NCBI GenBank assembly: GCA_944329195.1
Contig: CALVHX010000001.1
Coordinates: forward strand, 3,562-67,561
Direction: 5' to 3'
From: an uncultured Bacilli bacterium
Lineage (GTDB): Bacteria > Bacillota_I > Bacilli_A > RF39 > UBA660
DNA: 64,000 nucleotides
Shown here: piece by piece, positions 47,297 through 58,999 of the stretch
Numbering within the stretch: the first letter of the stretch is position 1
Layout: each line of letters opens with the position of its first letter
Program-made: the position numbers and the translations under genes
The notes under the pieces: model-generated
What the model saw: the letters and a program-made list of their open reading frames with translations, nothing else
The model's database searches: none
What the model was told of the DNA's origin: nothing

Positions 47297-48295
47297 TTGC
47301 CAGTGTTTAATAAGGATATCGGTATTGATTTAGGAACTGCTAATGTACTTATATATATTAAGGGTCAAGGTATTGTTTTAAATGAACCATCTGTTGTTGC
47401 TATCGATGCTGAAACAAAGAAGCCTTTAGCTGTTGGTACGGAGGCACATGAGATGTTAGGTAGGACTCCAGGAAAAGTAAAAGCTATTAAACCTATGAAA
47501 GATGGTGTTATTGCTGATTTTGAAACGACTGAGGTTATGCTTAATTATTTTATAAAAAAGGTAAATGGGAAAAGCTTTTTGTCTAGACCAAGGATTTTAA
47601 TTTGTTGTCCTTCTAATATTACACAGGTTGAAAAAAATGCTATTAAAGAAGCTGCTGAAAGGACAGGCGCTAAAAAGGTCTTTTTAGAAGAGGAACCGAA
47701 AGTTGCCTCTATTGGAGCGGGAATGGATATTTCTAAACCTAGTGGGAATATGGTTATCGATATTGGTGGCGGAACTACTGATATTGCTATTTTATCTTTA
47801 GGAGGAATTGTTAATAGTGCCTCTATTAGGATCGCTGGTAATGCTTTTGACAATGATATTGTTAAATATATTAAAGATAAATATAAATTACTAGTGGGAG
47901 AAAGAACAGCCGAAGATATTAAGATTACCATTGGTACGGTCTTTCCTGGCTCTAGAAGTGAAAAGATGGAAGTTAGAGGTAGGGATTTAGTTACCGGTTT
48001 ACCTCATACAATTACACTTACTTCTGAGGAAGTAGAGGAAGCGCTACGGGAAAGTGTCTATACGATTATTCATGCTGTCAAAGGTATTTTGGAGCAGACT
48101 CCACCGGAGCTTTCCGCTGATATTATCGACAAGGGTATTGTGCTTACTGGAGGTGGTGCTATGGTAGATGGGTTTTCCCAAGTGCTTAGCCAAGAACTTA
48201 AAGTTCCTGTATTTATTGCAGAGTCTCCTCTTACTTGTGTAGCTGAAGGTACTGGTATATTACTTGATAATTTGTATATGTTAGAAAGACAATAA
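47297..48295 (+). CDS. mbl: rod-shape-determining actin homologue MreB/Mbl
   Basis: DIGIDLGTANVLIY phosphate-1 motif, actin fold. TTG/GTG start. Confidence 0.85.
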   Translation: MPVFNKDIGIDLGTANVLIYIKGQGIVLNEPSVVAIDAETKKPLAVGTEAHEMLGRTPGKVKAIKPMKDGVIADFETTEVMLNYFIKKVNGKSFLSRPRILICCPSNITQVEKNAIKEAAERTGAKKVFLEEEPKVASIGAGMDISKPSGNMVIDIGGGTTDIAILSLGGIVNSASIRIAGNAFDNDIVKYIKDKYKLLVGERTAEDIKITIGTVFPGSRSEKMEVRGRDLVTGLPHTITLTSEEVEEALRESVYTIIHAVKGILEQTPPELSADIIDKGIVLTGGGAMVDGFSQVLSQELKVPVFIAESPLTCVAEGTGILLDNLYMLERQ

Positions 48296-48392
48296 TTTTT
48301 GTCTTTTTTTGTAAAAAACTATGTAAAATTAGATTGTGGTGTTTTCTTTTTGCTTTGTTTTTGATAAAATTGTTTTGGAGGAAGGTGATATT

Positions 48393-48827
48393 ATGGTGAT
48401 TGGTATTGCTAGTGACCATCGTGGATATAAGGCTAAACTAATGTTAAAAGATTATTTGTATAATTATGAAGTGATTGACTATGGAACTGATAATGAAGAT
48501 TCTGTTGATTTTCCACTGTATGCGAAAAAGCTTGGAAGTGCTATTCAGGCTGGAGAAGTTGACTTAGGTATTGCTATTTGTGGTACTGGAATTGGAATGA
48601 GTATTACTTTGAATAAAATGAAAGGCGTGTATTGTGCCAAAGTTTCTAATGTGAGTGAAGCTACTTTATGTAAAAGTCATAATAATGCTAATGCAATAGC
48701 AATTTCTGAAGATTTGTCTGATGACGAAATGAAAAGAATTGTTACAAAATTTATTGAGACTCCTTTTTCTAATATTAGTAAATATATAAGAAGAAATGAT
48801 GAGATTAAGGAAATAGAAAATGCTTAA
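48393..48827 (+). CDS. rpiB: ribose-5-phosphate isomerase B (RpiB/LacAB family)
   Basis: MVIGIASDHRGY and ICGTGIGMSI. GGAGGAAGGTGA RBS before ATG 48393. Confidence 0.8.
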   Translation: MVIGIASDHRGYKAKLMLKDYLYNYEVIDYGTDNEDSVDFPLYAKKLGSAIQAGEVDLGIAICGTGIGMSITLNKMKGVYCAKVSNVSEATLCKSHNNANAIAISEDLSDDEMKRIVTKFIETPFSNISKYIRRNDEIKEIENA

Positions 48828-49008
48828 ATTTTTTCTTTATTTGATTGTTATTCCTTTAGTTATTTTTGCTGTTGATAGTGTAAATATTAATGGTATATTT
48901 AAAAAAAATAAAGTTTATCAGGCGAGAGTATTTTACATTCTTATAATTTTTTCTGTGTCATATTTGGTATGTAATTTTTTATATGATTTTGTATATGTAG
49001 CAAGTTAA
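48820..49008 (+). CDS. hypothetical small membrane protein (62 aa)
   Basis: ORF with two hydrophobic segments. Overlaps the rpiB stop. Confidence 0.25.
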   Translation: MLKFFLYLIVIPLVIFAVDSVNINGIFKKNKVYQARVFYILIIFSVSYLVCNFLYDFVYVAS

Positions 49009-49064
49009 GTTTATGGAAGAAAATGAATATTTTCTTTTTCTTGTTTGTGGGGAGTGGAAATATG

Positions 49065-50045
49065 TTTAAAATTGGAAATGTTGAATTAAAAAATAATGTT
49101 GTACTAGCTCCGATGGCGGGAGTTTGTAATAGTGCTTTTAGAAAAATAATAAAGGAGATGGGTTGTTCACTAGTATTTGCTGAAATGATTAGTGATAAGG
49201 GACTTATTTATAATAACGAGAAAACAGTAAATATGCTTTATTTTGAAGAATGTGAAAGACCTATTGCTCAGCAGATATTTGGAAGTGATAAAGATACTTT
49301 TGTCAAGGCTGCTAAAATGGTCGAAGAAATTATGCATCCTGACATTATTGACATTAATATGGGATGTCCTGTTCCCAAAGTTGCAATTAGAGCCCAAGCT
49401 GGTTCTGCTTTACTTAAAAATACTGATAAAATAAGGGAAATTGTGGAAGCTGTTGTCAGTTCTGTAAATGTTCCCGTTACTGTCAAAATAAGAAGTGGTT
49501 GGGATAGTAATAGTATTAATGCTGTAGAAGTAGCTAAAGTTTGTGAAGAAGCAGGTGCTAGTGCTATTACTGTTCATGGTAGGACAAGAAGTCAAGGATA
49601 TTCTGGAAATGTTGATTTGGATATTATAAAAAAAGTAAAAGAAGCTGTATCTATTCCTGTTATCGGTAATGGTGATATTACTGATATAGATAGTGCAAAA
49701 AAGATGCTATCTTATACTGGCTGTGATGCGATAATGATAGGAAGAGGAGTTCTTGGGAATCCTTGGCTTATGAAAGAAATTATTACTTACCTAGATACTG
49801 GTGAAAAGATAAGTAAACCTACATATGAAGATAAAATTAACATGTGTTTTCATCATTTGAATTATCTTCTCAAAATTAAGAGTGAAAAAATATCTGTTTT
49901 AGAAATGAGAAGTCATATTGCTTGGTATTTAAAAGGAATTCCTGGTTCTCAGAAAGTCAAAAATGAAATATTTAAAGTTACTACATCTGAAAACTTAAAG
50001 AAAATTCTTGATAACTATTTGAAAGAACTTAAAAATAATGTATAA
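49065..50045 (+). CDS. dusB: tRNA-dihydrouridine synthase (DusB-like)
   Basis: VLAPMAGVCNSAFR, DINMGCP and the TIM-barrel FMN site. GGGGAGTGG RBS before ATG 49065. Confidence 0.8.
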   Translation, partial: FKIGNVELKNNVVLAPMAGVCNSAFRKIIKEMGCSLVFAEMISDKGLIYNNEKTVNMLYFEECERPIAQQIFGSDKDTFVKAAKMVEEIMHPDIIDINMGCPVPKVAIRAQAGSALLKNTDKIREIVEAVVSSVNVPVTVKIRSGWDSNSINAVEVAKVCEEAGASAITVHGRTRSQGYSGNVDLDIIKKVKEAVSIPVIGNGDITDIDSAKKMLSYTGCDAIMIGRGVLGNPWLMKEIITYLDTGEKISKPTYEDKINMCFHHLNYLLKIKSEKISVLEMRSHIAWYLKGIPGSQKVKNEIFKVTTSENLKKILDNYLKELKNNV

Positions 50046-50064
50046 TACTTAATGGGTGATGTAA

Positions 50065-50649
50065 TTGAAATCGTTGTTTTTTAGAAGAGTGTTAGCTTTT
50101 GTCATTGATTTTTTTATTGTTAATATTCTTTTTTCTATTATTACAGTTGGATTTGAATCTAATAGTAGTCTTATTGAAGAAGCTGATGACTTACTTACAA
50201 AATATAACAATCAAGAAATAACTATAGATGTCTATAATGAAAATATACAAAGATTAAATTATGAATTACAAAAGAGTAATATTTCTATCAATATATTGTC
50301 TTTTGTTGTTATTGTAGGTTATTACTTTGTATTTAATTATTTAAATGGTGGTAGAACAATAGGTAAAAAAATATGTAAAATTAAAATAGTAGAAAAGAAT
50401 AATAAACCTAGTATTAAGGCTATTATATTAAGAGGTTTGTTTATATATGGTTCTCTATCAACATTATATAATATTATTTTTGTCTTTGTTTTTGATGTTA
50501 CAAACTTTAGTCGTGGTTATACGATTGTTACTTATATTGAGGCTTTACTTATGATGATTTGCTTGTTTACTATTTTATATAGAAAAGATAAAAGGGGATT
50601 ACATGATATAGTAGCTGGTACAGAAGTTATTGAAGAGGTGAATAGATAA
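50065..50649 (+). CDS. RDD-family membrane protein
   Basis: FRRVLAFVIDFFIV and GGRTIGKKICKIKIV, typical of the RDD domain. Confidence 0.55.
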   Translation: MKSLFFRRVLAFVIDFFIVNILFSIITVGFESNSSLIEEADDLLTKYNNQEITIDVYNENIQRLNYELQKSNISINILSFVVIVGYYFVFNYLNGGRTIGKKICKIKIVEKNNKPSIKAIILRGLFIYGSLSTLYNIIFVFVFDVTNFSRGYTIVTYIEALLMMICLFTILYRKDKRGLHDIVAGTEVIEEVNR

Positions 50650-52115
50650 TGGAAAGAACGGAACAAGAGTTAGTTAGAATTGAAAAATTGAATAAAATAA
50701 AGGAATATTGTAATCCATATCCAGAAAGATATGAAATAACTCATAAAATTAAGGACGCTAGATTATTGGAAGACGGTACTACTGATGTAAGAATCGCTGG
50801 TAGAATTGTATTTATGAGAAAAATGGGCAAGCTAAGTTTTATTAGGATCCGTGATATTGAAGGAGACATGCAACTTGAAATTAAAATAGATTTAGTTGGT
50901 GAAAATAACTATGAGTTTTTTAAGAAATTAATTGATACTGGTGATTTTATTGGTGCTCATGGTGATATATTTACTACGCAAACGGGAGAGAAGACACTTA
51001 GGGTTAGAGAATTTATGTTTTTAGGTAAAGCACTTCGTCCTCTTCCAGAAAAGTTTCATGGTCTATCGGATACTGAAATGAAATATAGGCAGAGATATGT
51101 TGACTTAATTATGAATGAAGAATCTAGAAGAGTTTTTTTAGGGAGAAGTAAATTGTATGCTTTTATTCATAAGTTTTTAGGTGAAAATGGTTTTTTAGAG
51201 GTAGAAACTCCCATTCTTCAAAATGCTGTCAGCGGTGCTTCTGCTAAACCATTTTATACTCATCATAATGCTCTAGATATGGAATGTAATTTAAGAATTG
51301 CTCCAGAAACATATTTAAAACAGTGTGTAGCGGGTGGATATAGTAGAGTTTATGAAATAGCTAAGTGTTTTAGAAATGAAGGAATGGATTCGGAACACTT
51401 ACAAGAATTTACGCAAGTTGAGTGGTATGCTTCTTACTGGAATTTTGAAGATAATATTAAATTTTATCAAAAATTTATTAGAAGTCTTTTAATGGAATTA
51501 ATTGGTACTACAAAAGTTATTTATCAAGATAAAGAAATTGATTTTGGAATTAGTGATTGGAAGAAAATTAACTATGTAGAGGAAATGAGAAAATTACTAG
51601 GTTTTGACTTTTTACCTATTGATGATCCTCAAATATTGAAAGATAAGATTGTAGAGACTGGTTTATTTTCTTATAGTGATTTAGATGATTACAAATCTCT
51701 TAGTCAAATAATTGATTTTTGTTATAAAAGACTTATTAGGGAAAAGATTGTAGAGCCTACGATTATATACAATTATCCTTCTGTGCTTATTCCTCTTGCC
51801 AGAAGGAATGATAATGATGAACGTATTATTGATGTTTTTCAGGTCTTAGTATGTGGAACCGAGCTATGTAAGGCGTATTCTGAATTAGTAAATCCTTTTA
51901 TTCAAAGACAAGCGTTTGAGGATCAACTTAAAGCGAAGGCTCAAGGTGATGATGAAACAATGGATTTGGATGAGAACTTCTTGATGGCTATGGAGCAAGG
52001 AATGCCTCCAATTTCTGGACTTGGTTTTGGAATTGATAGGCTTTTAATGATTATTTTTAATCAGTCATCAGTTAGGGATGTGGTTTTATTCCCACAGATG
52101 AAGGATAAAAGATAG
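50649..52115 (+). CDS. lysS: lysyl-tRNA synthetase, class II
   Basis: OB anticodon-binding domain plus class II motifs (FRNEGMDSEHLQEFTQVEWY, GLGFGIDRL). Confidence 0.9.
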   Translation: MERTEQELVRIEKLNKIKEYCNPYPERYEITHKIKDARLLEDGTTDVRIAGRIVFMRKMGKLSFIRIRDIEGDMQLEIKIDLVGENNYEFFKKLIDTGDFIGAHGDIFTTQTGEKTLRVREFMFLGKALRPLPEKFHGLSDTEMKYRQRYVDLIMNEESRRVFLGRSKLYAFIHKFLGENGFLEVETPILQNAVSGASAKPFYTHHNALDMECNLRIAPETYLKQCVAGGYSRVYEIAKCFRNEGMDSEHLQEFTQVEWYASYWNFEDNIKFYQKFIRSLLMELIGTTKVIYQDKEIDFGISDWKKINYVEEMRKLLGFDFLPIDDPQILKDKIVETGLFSYSDLDDYKSLSQIIDFCYKRLIREKIVEPTIIYNYPSVLIPLARRNDNDERIIDVFQVLVCGTELCKAYSELVNPFIQRQAFEDQLKAKAQGDDETMDLDENFLMAMEQGMPPISGLGFGIDRLLMIIFNQSSVRDVVLFPQMKDKR

Positions 52116-52205
52116 TTGTTGTATCTTTAAATTAAAAGGGAATTTTTTCTCTTTTTTATTTACATTTATTACTTTTGTGATATAATTATTGGTGAGGAGG
52201 TTATT

Positions 52206-53828
52206 ATGAAGAAACATGGTTTGTTCAAAGTTATGTTAGTAATTTTGGGATTATTAGTTGTAACAAGTATTTTTATTCCTGGTAGAAGTGGTGATATTTC
52301 ATATGTACCTGTAGGAGATGAAGCAGTTAATTTTGTTCAAGCATTTTATTACTTCTTTGATACAATGGTATTTTTATTAGTTTTAGGAGCTTTTTATGGA
52401 GTTTTAAATTCGGTTCCAGCTTATAAAAAATTAATTGATAATATTGCTCAAAAACTTAAACCGCATAGTAAATTATTTGTGTTTATTATGACTATTTTAT
52501 TTGCTATTTTGGTTTCTATTACGGGATTAGATTATTGTCTTTTGGTATTTGTGCCATTTGTTATATCAATTATATTAATGCTTGGTTATGATAAGCTAGT
52601 TGCTATTAGTTCGACTGTTGTGGCAATGTTAGTAGGATTTATGGGAGGAATATTTACTACTTTTAGAGACCCTAACAATTATTATGGTTATTCTCCTACA
52701 ACAGTGGATGAACTAGCGGGTTTAGATAAATATGTTAATGTTTGGCCAAAAGTTATTTTACTTATTTTGGGAGTAGCTTTACTTATATTCTTTATAAATA
52801 GACATATTAAGAATGTACAAGATAAAAAAGTAAAATATGAATTAAATGATGGTGCAGATGTTCTTGTATCTGAAGTAAAAGGCGATTATAAGAATATTAA
52901 AACTTGGCCTTTGATGCTTATTTTATCACTAATATTCGTAGTTTTTGTATTAGGTTATTTTCCATGGTATAACTTATTTGGAATTGAAGTATTTAATGAT
53001 TTACACCAGGATTTATTAGAGTTAACTTTTAGTTTTAGAACTGTCTTTATTGTTGGTGGTATTATTCTTCTAGCAATTATTGTCTTTAAGTTTATTAAAA
53101 GAAAGAGTTTTGATACTAAAGATTGGGCTTTAAATTCTATATTTTTAGTTTTGCTATTATGTGTAATATTAAGTTATATTCCTTTAGGTTTTCTTGATAA
53201 ATTTCAAGATTGGTTTACTGCTAAAGAATTAGGATTAAATAGCATTATTTCTAATAGCTTATATGCTCTAGGTAATTGGTCTAGTTTAGGTTCATTCATG
53301 TGCATTATTATGACTTTATTTGTCTTTACATTAATAATTAAATTGATTTACAAAGTTAAATTTAATGATGTTATAGATTCTTTTGTTGAAGGTTCCAAAA
53401 GAATGCTTCCTACTGTATTTTTGATGGCACTTTCTTATACAATTCTTATTTGTTCATATAATAATGGTTTTATTTCTACTATTATAACATGGATTAGTGA
53501 ATCTAGTTTAGGACTTAACGTTGTTACAACTTCATTTGTTACTGCTTTGGGTAGTTTACTTCATGTTGATTTGTATTATACTGCTGCTGGGGTATTTTCA
53601 CCAATATTATCCGCAGTTACTGATGAATCGTTACTTTCAGTTTATACGATGACTTTCCAAAGTATGTATGGATTAATTTCAATTATTGGACCAACTAGCT
53701 TTTTACTTATATTTGTACTTACTTATTTTGATGTTCCTTACACCACATGGGTTAAGTATATTTGGAGATTTATATTAATGTTATTATTACTTGTTATTCT
53801 TGTTTTACTTGTACTTTCATTAATATAA
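52206..53828 (+). CDS. YfcC/DcuC-superfamily polytopic membrane transporter (putative)
   Basis: 540 aa, more than 10 TM helices. N-terminal architecture resembles the YfcC family. Confidence 0.45.
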   Translation: MKKHGLFKVMLVILGLLVVTSIFIPGRSGDISYVPVGDEAVNFVQAFYYFFDTMVFLLVLGAFYGVLNSVPAYKKLIDNIAQKLKPHSKLFVFIMTILFAILVSITGLDYCLLVFVPFVISIILMLGYDKLVAISSTVVAMLVGFMGGIFTTFRDPNNYYGYSPTTVDELAGLDKYVNVWPKVILLILGVALLIFFINRHIKNVQDKKVKYELNDGADVLVSEVKGDYKNIKTWPLMLILSLIFVVFVLGYFPWYNLFGIEVFNDLHQDLLELTFSFRTVFIVGGIILLAIIVFKFIKRKSFDTKDWALNSIFLVLLLCVILSYIPLGFLDKFQDWFTAKELGLNSIISNSLYALGNWSSLGSFMCIIMTLFVFTLIIKLIYKVKFNDVIDSFVEGSKRMLPTVFLMALSYTILICSYNNGFISTIITWISESSLGLNVVTTSFVTALGSLLHVDLYYTAAGVFSPILSAVTDESLLSVYTMTFQSMYGLISIIGPTSFLLIFVLTYFDVPYTTWVKYIWRFILMLLLLVILVLLVLSLI

Positions 53829-53978
53829 TTAAATACCTACATTTGATTGTAGGTTTTTTTTTGTATTTTTTACTGCGCTGAATCATATAAGTTTTATCAA
53901 AAAAAATAGATTATTTGTGTTTAAATTTTGATAATAAATATCATTATATTCATAGAATAATATGAAAGGAGAAATATT

Positions 53979-56291
53979 ATGCTTGGCAATTTTAACGAGG
54001 AAGCTCAAAAAGTATTAATTGATGCAAAAAGAGAGATGAGTGATTTAGGTCATCCTTATATTGGTACGGAGCATTTATTACTTTCTATTTTAAATAATGA
54101 CTATAATATTACATCAAGATTAAAATCTTATAATCTTACTTATAACAATTTTAAGAGTGAATTATGTAAAATCGTAGGTACTACAAGTAAAAAGTCGGAA
54201 TTGTTTTTATATACTCCTTTACTTAGGAAAGTTATTGAATCTGCTATTATGGATAGTAAAGAAAATAATGATGGAGAGGTTACGGCAGAGCATTTATTTT
54301 TTTCAATGCTCGAAGAGGGTGAAGGTATAGCGATTAGAGTACTAATAGGAATGGGTATTGATATTGAAAGTATGTATGATGATTTTTCTTCGAGTCTTAT
54401 AAAGAAAGTTAAAAGGAATAAAAAGAAGAAATTATTAATTGAAGAACTTGGTACTGATATTACTAGTGAAGCCGCTAGAGGAAGTTTAGACCCTGTTATC
54501 GGTAGAGAAAAAGAAGTTAGAAGAGTTATGGAAATACTGTGTCGTAGAAATAAGAATAATCCGATTTTAATTGGAGAAGCAGGTGTTGGTAAAACTGCAA
54601 TTGTCGAAGAGTTATCTAGGCTTATTGCAAATGATAATGTTCCTAGTAATTTAAGTGGTAAAAAAGTTATTTCTTTGGATATGGCTACTATGGTAGCGGG
54701 GACTAAATACCGTGGTGAATTTGAAGAAAGAATGAAAAAGGTTCTTAAAGAAATTGAAGAAAATACGGATATAATTCTTTTTATTGATGAAATTCATACT
54801 CTAGTTGGAGCAGGAGGTGCAGAAGGTGCGATAGATGCTTCTAATATACTTAAACCGGCTTTAGCTAGAGGGAAAATTAGATGTATTGGTGCTACTACAA
54901 CTGAAGAATATAAGAGGTTTATTGAAAAGGATAGTGCTCTAGAAAGAAGGTTTCAAAAAATATTTATTGATGAACCTACTATCGACGAAACGAAAGAAAT
55001 TTTGCTTAAAATTAAACCTATATATGAAAAATATCACAATGTTAATATTTCTGAAGTGATGATTGATTCTATTATTAAATTATCAGAAAAGTATATTTTT
55101 GATAGAAATAGACCAGATAAGGAAATTGATGTTTTAGATGAAGTGTGTTCTATGGTAAGTATGAAAGAGTCTAATGATAATTATAGTGTTAAAAATATTA
55201 GAAGAGAAATAGATAAACTAAATAAAGAAAAAAATAGTTATATTATTGATAATAATATAGAGAAGGCCTTTGATATTAGGAAGAGAGAGACAAAACTTAC
55301 TTCTATACTTAATGAGATAGAATTATCTAGTAATAATTTTAGAAATGAAATTAGTTTGAATGATATTGCAATGGTTATTAATAATAGGACTAATGTGCCA
55401 ATATATGAAATTATTAATCATGATACTAGTTGCATTAGTAACATATACAATAATTTAAAAAGTAAAATTATTGGTCAAGATGCTGTTATTGATAGTTTAA
55501 TTGATATAATAAAAAGAGTTAAGTTCGGTTATAAAGGAAATTGTTATTCTTGTCTATTTGTGGGATCTTCTGGAGTTGGCAAAAGTGCCCTTGCTAAATA
55601 TTTTGCTAATCTTTTAGTTGGTGAAAATAATTTTATTAGACTTGATATGAGTGAATTTTCTGATACTACTTCTGTAAATAAAATACTAGGATCTTCTCCT
55701 GGTTATGTTGGATATGATGATAATAAAAATATTTTAGAAGAAATTAGAAATAAACCAAATTGTGTGATATTGCTCGATGAAATTGATAAGGCTCATCCAA
55801 ATGTTATTAATTTATTTTATCAAATATTGGAAGAGGGTAAAATAAAAGATTCTAAAGGAAACATTGTTAGATTTAATAATGCAATTATTCTTATGACTTC
55901 TAATATTGGTTTTGAAAAAGAGTCTATTGGTTTCAATAAGATTAGAGATAATGTTATTTTATCTGACTTAAAAAATAGATTTAATACTGCTTTTATTAAT
56001 AGAATTGATAATGTTTTAATATTTAATAGATTATCTTTATTTGATATTAAACTTATTATTGAAAGTAGATTAAATGATTTAAATAAAAAATATGAAGATA
56101 TTAAAATATCTTATTCAGATAACATTATAGATGAAATAGCTGATAAATCTGATTACTATGAATTTGGTGCTAGAAAAGTGGAAAAAATTATTTCTAGAAA
56201 TATTGAAAATTTAATTATTGATACAATTATTAATAATAAGACGGAAATAGAGATAACATCTATTTGTCAAGAAAAAACATCACTTTCGTGA
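53979..56291 (+). CDS. clpC: ATP-dependent Clp protease ATP-binding subunit ClpC
   Basis: Clp_N repeats, two AAA+ modules (GEAGVGKTA and GSSGVGKSA), UVR-like middle region. Confidence 0.85.
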   Translation: MLGNFNEEAQKVLIDAKREMSDLGHPYIGTEHLLLSILNNDYNITSRLKSYNLTYNNFKSELCKIVGTTSKKSELFLYTPLLRKVIESAIMDSKENNDGEVTAEHLFFSMLEEGEGIAIRVLIGMGIDIESMYDDFSSSLIKKVKRNKKKKLLIEELGTDITSEAARGSLDPVIGREKEVRRVMEILCRRNKNNPILIGEAGVGKTAIVEELSRLIANDNVPSNLSGKKVISLDMATMVAGTKYRGEFEERMKKVLKEIEENTDIILFIDEIHTLVGAGGAEGAIDASNILKPALARGKIRCIGATTTEEYKRFIEKDSALERRFQKIFIDEPTIDETKEILLKIKPIYEKYHNVNISEVMIDSIIKLSEKYIFDRNRPDKEIDVLDEVCSMVSMKESNDNYSVKNIRREIDKLNKEKNSYIIDNNIEKAFDIRKRETKLTSILNEIELSSNNFRNEISLNDIAMVINNRTNVPIYEIINHDTSCISNIYNNLKSKIIGQDAVIDSLIDIIKRVKFGYKGNCYSCLFVGSSGVGKSALAKYFANLLVGENNFIRLDMSEFSDTTSVNKILGSSPGYVGYDDNKNILEEIRNKPNCVILLDEIDKAHPNVINLFYQILEEGKIKDSKGNIVRFNNAIILMTSNIGFEKESIGFNKIRDNVILSDLKNRFNTAFINRIDNVLIFNRLSLFDIKLIIESRLNDLNKKYEDIKISYSDNIIDEIADKSDYYEFGARKVEKIISRNIENLIIDTIINNKTEIEITSICQEKTSLS

Positions 56292-56297
56292 TGCTTT

Positions 56298-57326
56298 TTA
56301 TGGTATTAATCCCCAGCCTGTTACGACGTATCTTCCTCCTTGTCTTTTGGCCGCTGCTGGAGGATTATTATATAATTCTCCATTGACTGTTAATGATGAT
56401 GATTGTCCACCATCTAAATTGGCAGCATTATATGCTCCATATTTTAACAATATATCCACCATATCTTGTAGTGAAGCTCCATTAATGTAATTTTCTCCAT
56501 CTATTACGAGAAACATAATAATGCCATCTTTTGTTTGAGCAATTGCCACTCTTGGTGCTTGCCCCCATGGATCTCCAACTATTTCGAGCGGTTTTCCATT
56601 TACAATAAGGAAAGGTCCAAAAACTAAGCCATCGTAAACTCCGGCTTCTAATGCCTCATTGGCAGTAGAATTGGACATGAGTTTTAGTTTTCCATCTTTA
56701 GTCATTCCAATAATGTTGTCTCTAGAAGTATCTGCTGTGTCCATCCCCCAAGTTATTTCTCCGTCTTGTATTACTGGTCCAATAGGAATGTCGGAACCGT
56801 ATCCAAAATCAACAAAACCACCACCATTTATGCATACAACACCACCGTAGCGATCGCACATTGTTGTTACTCGTTCTCCTTTTCCTCCAACATTAAATTG
56901 TTTAGTAGAAATGAGTCTTACTTTATCTGGTTCATAGATAGCGACTAAATATCCTTTTGATGAACCTACTTTAATGTCTATTATTTTATATAAATCGTTA
57001 CCTTCATCTCTAGTGAATAGTTCTTCCTCATATTCATCTTTGTATTTTGTCTTTTCTTTGGTATTTATTACAACATCATCAGTATTTGCATCTTCAGTAA
57101 ATGATATAAAATAGTTACTGTCCATTATTCTTTGAACTGTTTTTTCACTATAAAATATATTGGCTAGGTATTGATGGTTCATTGTCTTCATAGCGGTTGT
57201 CACATATAAATTTCGTATCTTATCATATGGCCCGTACATTATAAAGAAACATGCCGCTACTATTATGTCTAAAAATATAAATAATATGGTTGTTTTATAT
57301 ATTTTTTTCTTTTTTCTTTTATTCAT
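56298..57326 (-). CDS. phosphodiester glycosidase (NAGPA/DUF2233)-family membrane-anchored protein
   Basis: N-terminal TM. C-terminal YNAANLDGGQSSSLTVNGELYNNP is typical of the phosphodiester glycosidase family. Confidence 0.55.
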   Translation of the reverse strand: MNKRKKKKIYKTTILFIFLDIIVAACFFIMYGPYDKIRNLYVTTAMKTMNHQYLANIFYSEKTVQRIMDSNYFISFTEDANTDDVVINTKEKTKYKDEYEEELFTRDEGNDLYKIIDIKVGSSKGYLVAIYEPDKVRLISTKQFNVGGKGERVTTMCDRYGGVVCINGGGFVDFGYGSDIPIGPVIQDGEITWGMDTADTSRDNIIGMTKDGKLKLMSNSTANEALEAGVYDGLVFGPFLIVNGKPLEIVGDPWGQAPRVAIAQTKDGIIMFLVIDGENYINGASLQDMVDILLKYGAYNAANLDGGQSSSLTVNGELYNNPPAAAKRQGGRYVVTGWGLIP

Positions 57327-58672
57327 TATTGCACCTCATATGGACTATCAATGCTTCCATTTCCTTTGGTTAGTATATCTTTTCTTATAGAAATAACGGG
57401 TATTATTTTCAAATCTGATGTGGCTATTTTGGTATATAATCTAAAATCATTTTGCATAACGTATACTAAATTACTTTCAGTGGAAATACCAGTAGAAGTA
57501 TAGTAGTTTGTAGCGACTGGATTTAAAAATATGTCACCTATACTTAATACTGTTACTTTGGTTGGAACAGTTTGTGAAAGGGTTTTACTGTAATCATAAT
57601 CGTTGTTACTTCCGTATATTCCATTTGAGTATTCTACTTCGTTTACATAGTCATTATAGCTTAACTGTGATAGATAGGTGTTTTTTAAGTAATATGCTAA
57701 CGTATCTCTAGTGGTGTCATTATGATAATAGCCGTTGTTCGAGTATTTGTAAGTTACTTCTTGATCATTTATTTTTAAGTATGAATCAAGTGATAACTTA
57801 ATATTATCTCCGTCGACTTGGTATATTCGCCAAATATCGTTTCCTAGTTTTACGTAACTACCAAACAATCCTCTTTCATCTTCTATAATATAAGGATTTT
57901 CTTTAGTACCGTCTCCTTCTATTTCACTTATTGTGCTTTTTATTGTTATTACTGGTTTTACACCAATTATGTCAGTACCATTACTTGTACTTATTTTTCC
58001 TTCGTTGTCAACATACCATACTTTGTCTTTTGAATTATTGTTTATTAGGTAAAAGTTTTCTTCATTATTCATGAAACTATCGCTACTTCCTGTATTAACA
58101 TAGTCATTTATTGACGGTGTTGTTATGTATATTTCATCAGTAGTTTCTTTGCAAGAAATGTTTCCGGTATCTTCTATATTGTCTTTACAAGTATTAGTAA
58201 AAGTTAAGTACTGACTTGGGTTATTTAAGCTGTTTTGTAGGATGCCTGTATAATCTTCATCATTATCGTTTAACCATTTGTAAAGATATGAGTTTTCAAA
58301 ATTTTGGTTTTCTCCACTTGCTAGTGCTGTAAGTGAATTGTCCGCTATTAAAGTGATGCTTTCATCATTATTTATTCTAATAATTCTCCATATTAAATTA
58401 GAATAGGTTAAATAATTTTTTTCGGCGTTTCCTGTAAAATAATAACTGCCATTAATACTTTTAAAGTTATCACTATTTTTATTATTATTTATTATGTTAT
58501 CTGCTAATGTTTTTATTTCTTCTGTTTTATTATTTTCAATATAAAATTTTATAAATCTACTGCCATAGAAAATACAGCAGGCTAAAATGAACGTGAAACT
58601 TACTAAATTAAATATTTTTTGAACATTTAATTTTCTTTTCTTTTTTACTTCTCTTTTTACTTCTTTACTCAC
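57326..58672 (-). CDS. hypothetical membrane-anchored extracellular protein (448 aa, Asn/Tyr/Ser-rich, two internal repeats ending ...ENPYIIE / ...DSPYEVQ)
   Basis: N-terminal TM only. Co-oriented and overlapping with the downstream glycosidase gene. Confidence 0.4.
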   Translation of the reverse strand: MSKEVKREVKKKRKLNVQKIFNLVSFTFILACCIFYGSRFIKFYIENNKTEEIKTLADNIINNNKNSDNFKSINGSYYFTGNAEKNYLTYSNLIWRIIRINNDESITLIADNSLTALASGENQNFENSYLYKWLNDNDEDYTGILQNSLNNPSQYLTFTNTCKDNIEDTGNISCKETTDEIYITTPSINDYVNTGSSDSFMNNEENFYLINNNSKDKVWYVDNEGKISTSNGTDIIGVKPVITIKSTISEIEGDGTKENPYIIEDERGLFGSYVKLGNDIWRIYQVDGDNIKLSLDSYLKINDQEVTYKYSNNGYYHNDTTRDTLAYYLKNTYLSQLSYNDYVNEVEYSNGIYGSNNDYDYSKTLSQTVPTKVTVLSIGDIFLNPVATNYYTSTGISTESNLVYVMQNDFRLYTKIATSDLKIIPVISIRKDILTKGNGSIDSPYEVQ

Positions 58673-58804
58673 TAAATCATCCCTTTTCTATCTTCTATAT
58701 TATAACAAATATATATTTTTTTTACAAGGGAGCTAAAAATATATTTATTAATAATTTACTAAATGTAAAATAAATGCTATAATATAGAATATGGAAGTGG
58801 TCGT

Positions 58805-58999
58805 GTGAAATATAATTTGAACGATGTTGTTGTATTAAAAAAAACTCATCCTTGCGGGTGTAATGAATTTGAAGTGATTAGATTAGGAGTGGATATTAAG
58901 GTTAAGTGTAGTAAGTGTGGAAGAGTTATTATGATTCCTCGAGTTGAACTTAATAAAAAAATTAAAAAGGTGATTGAATATGAAAAAAAAGAAAATTAG
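58805..58999 (+). CDS. DUF951-like zinc-ribbon small protein
   Basis: CGC...CSKCG cysteine pairs in 64 aa. GTG start. Confidence 0.4.
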   Translation: MKYNLNDVVVLKKTHPCGCNEFEVIRLGVDIKVKCSKCGRVIMIPRVELNKKIKKVIEYEKKEN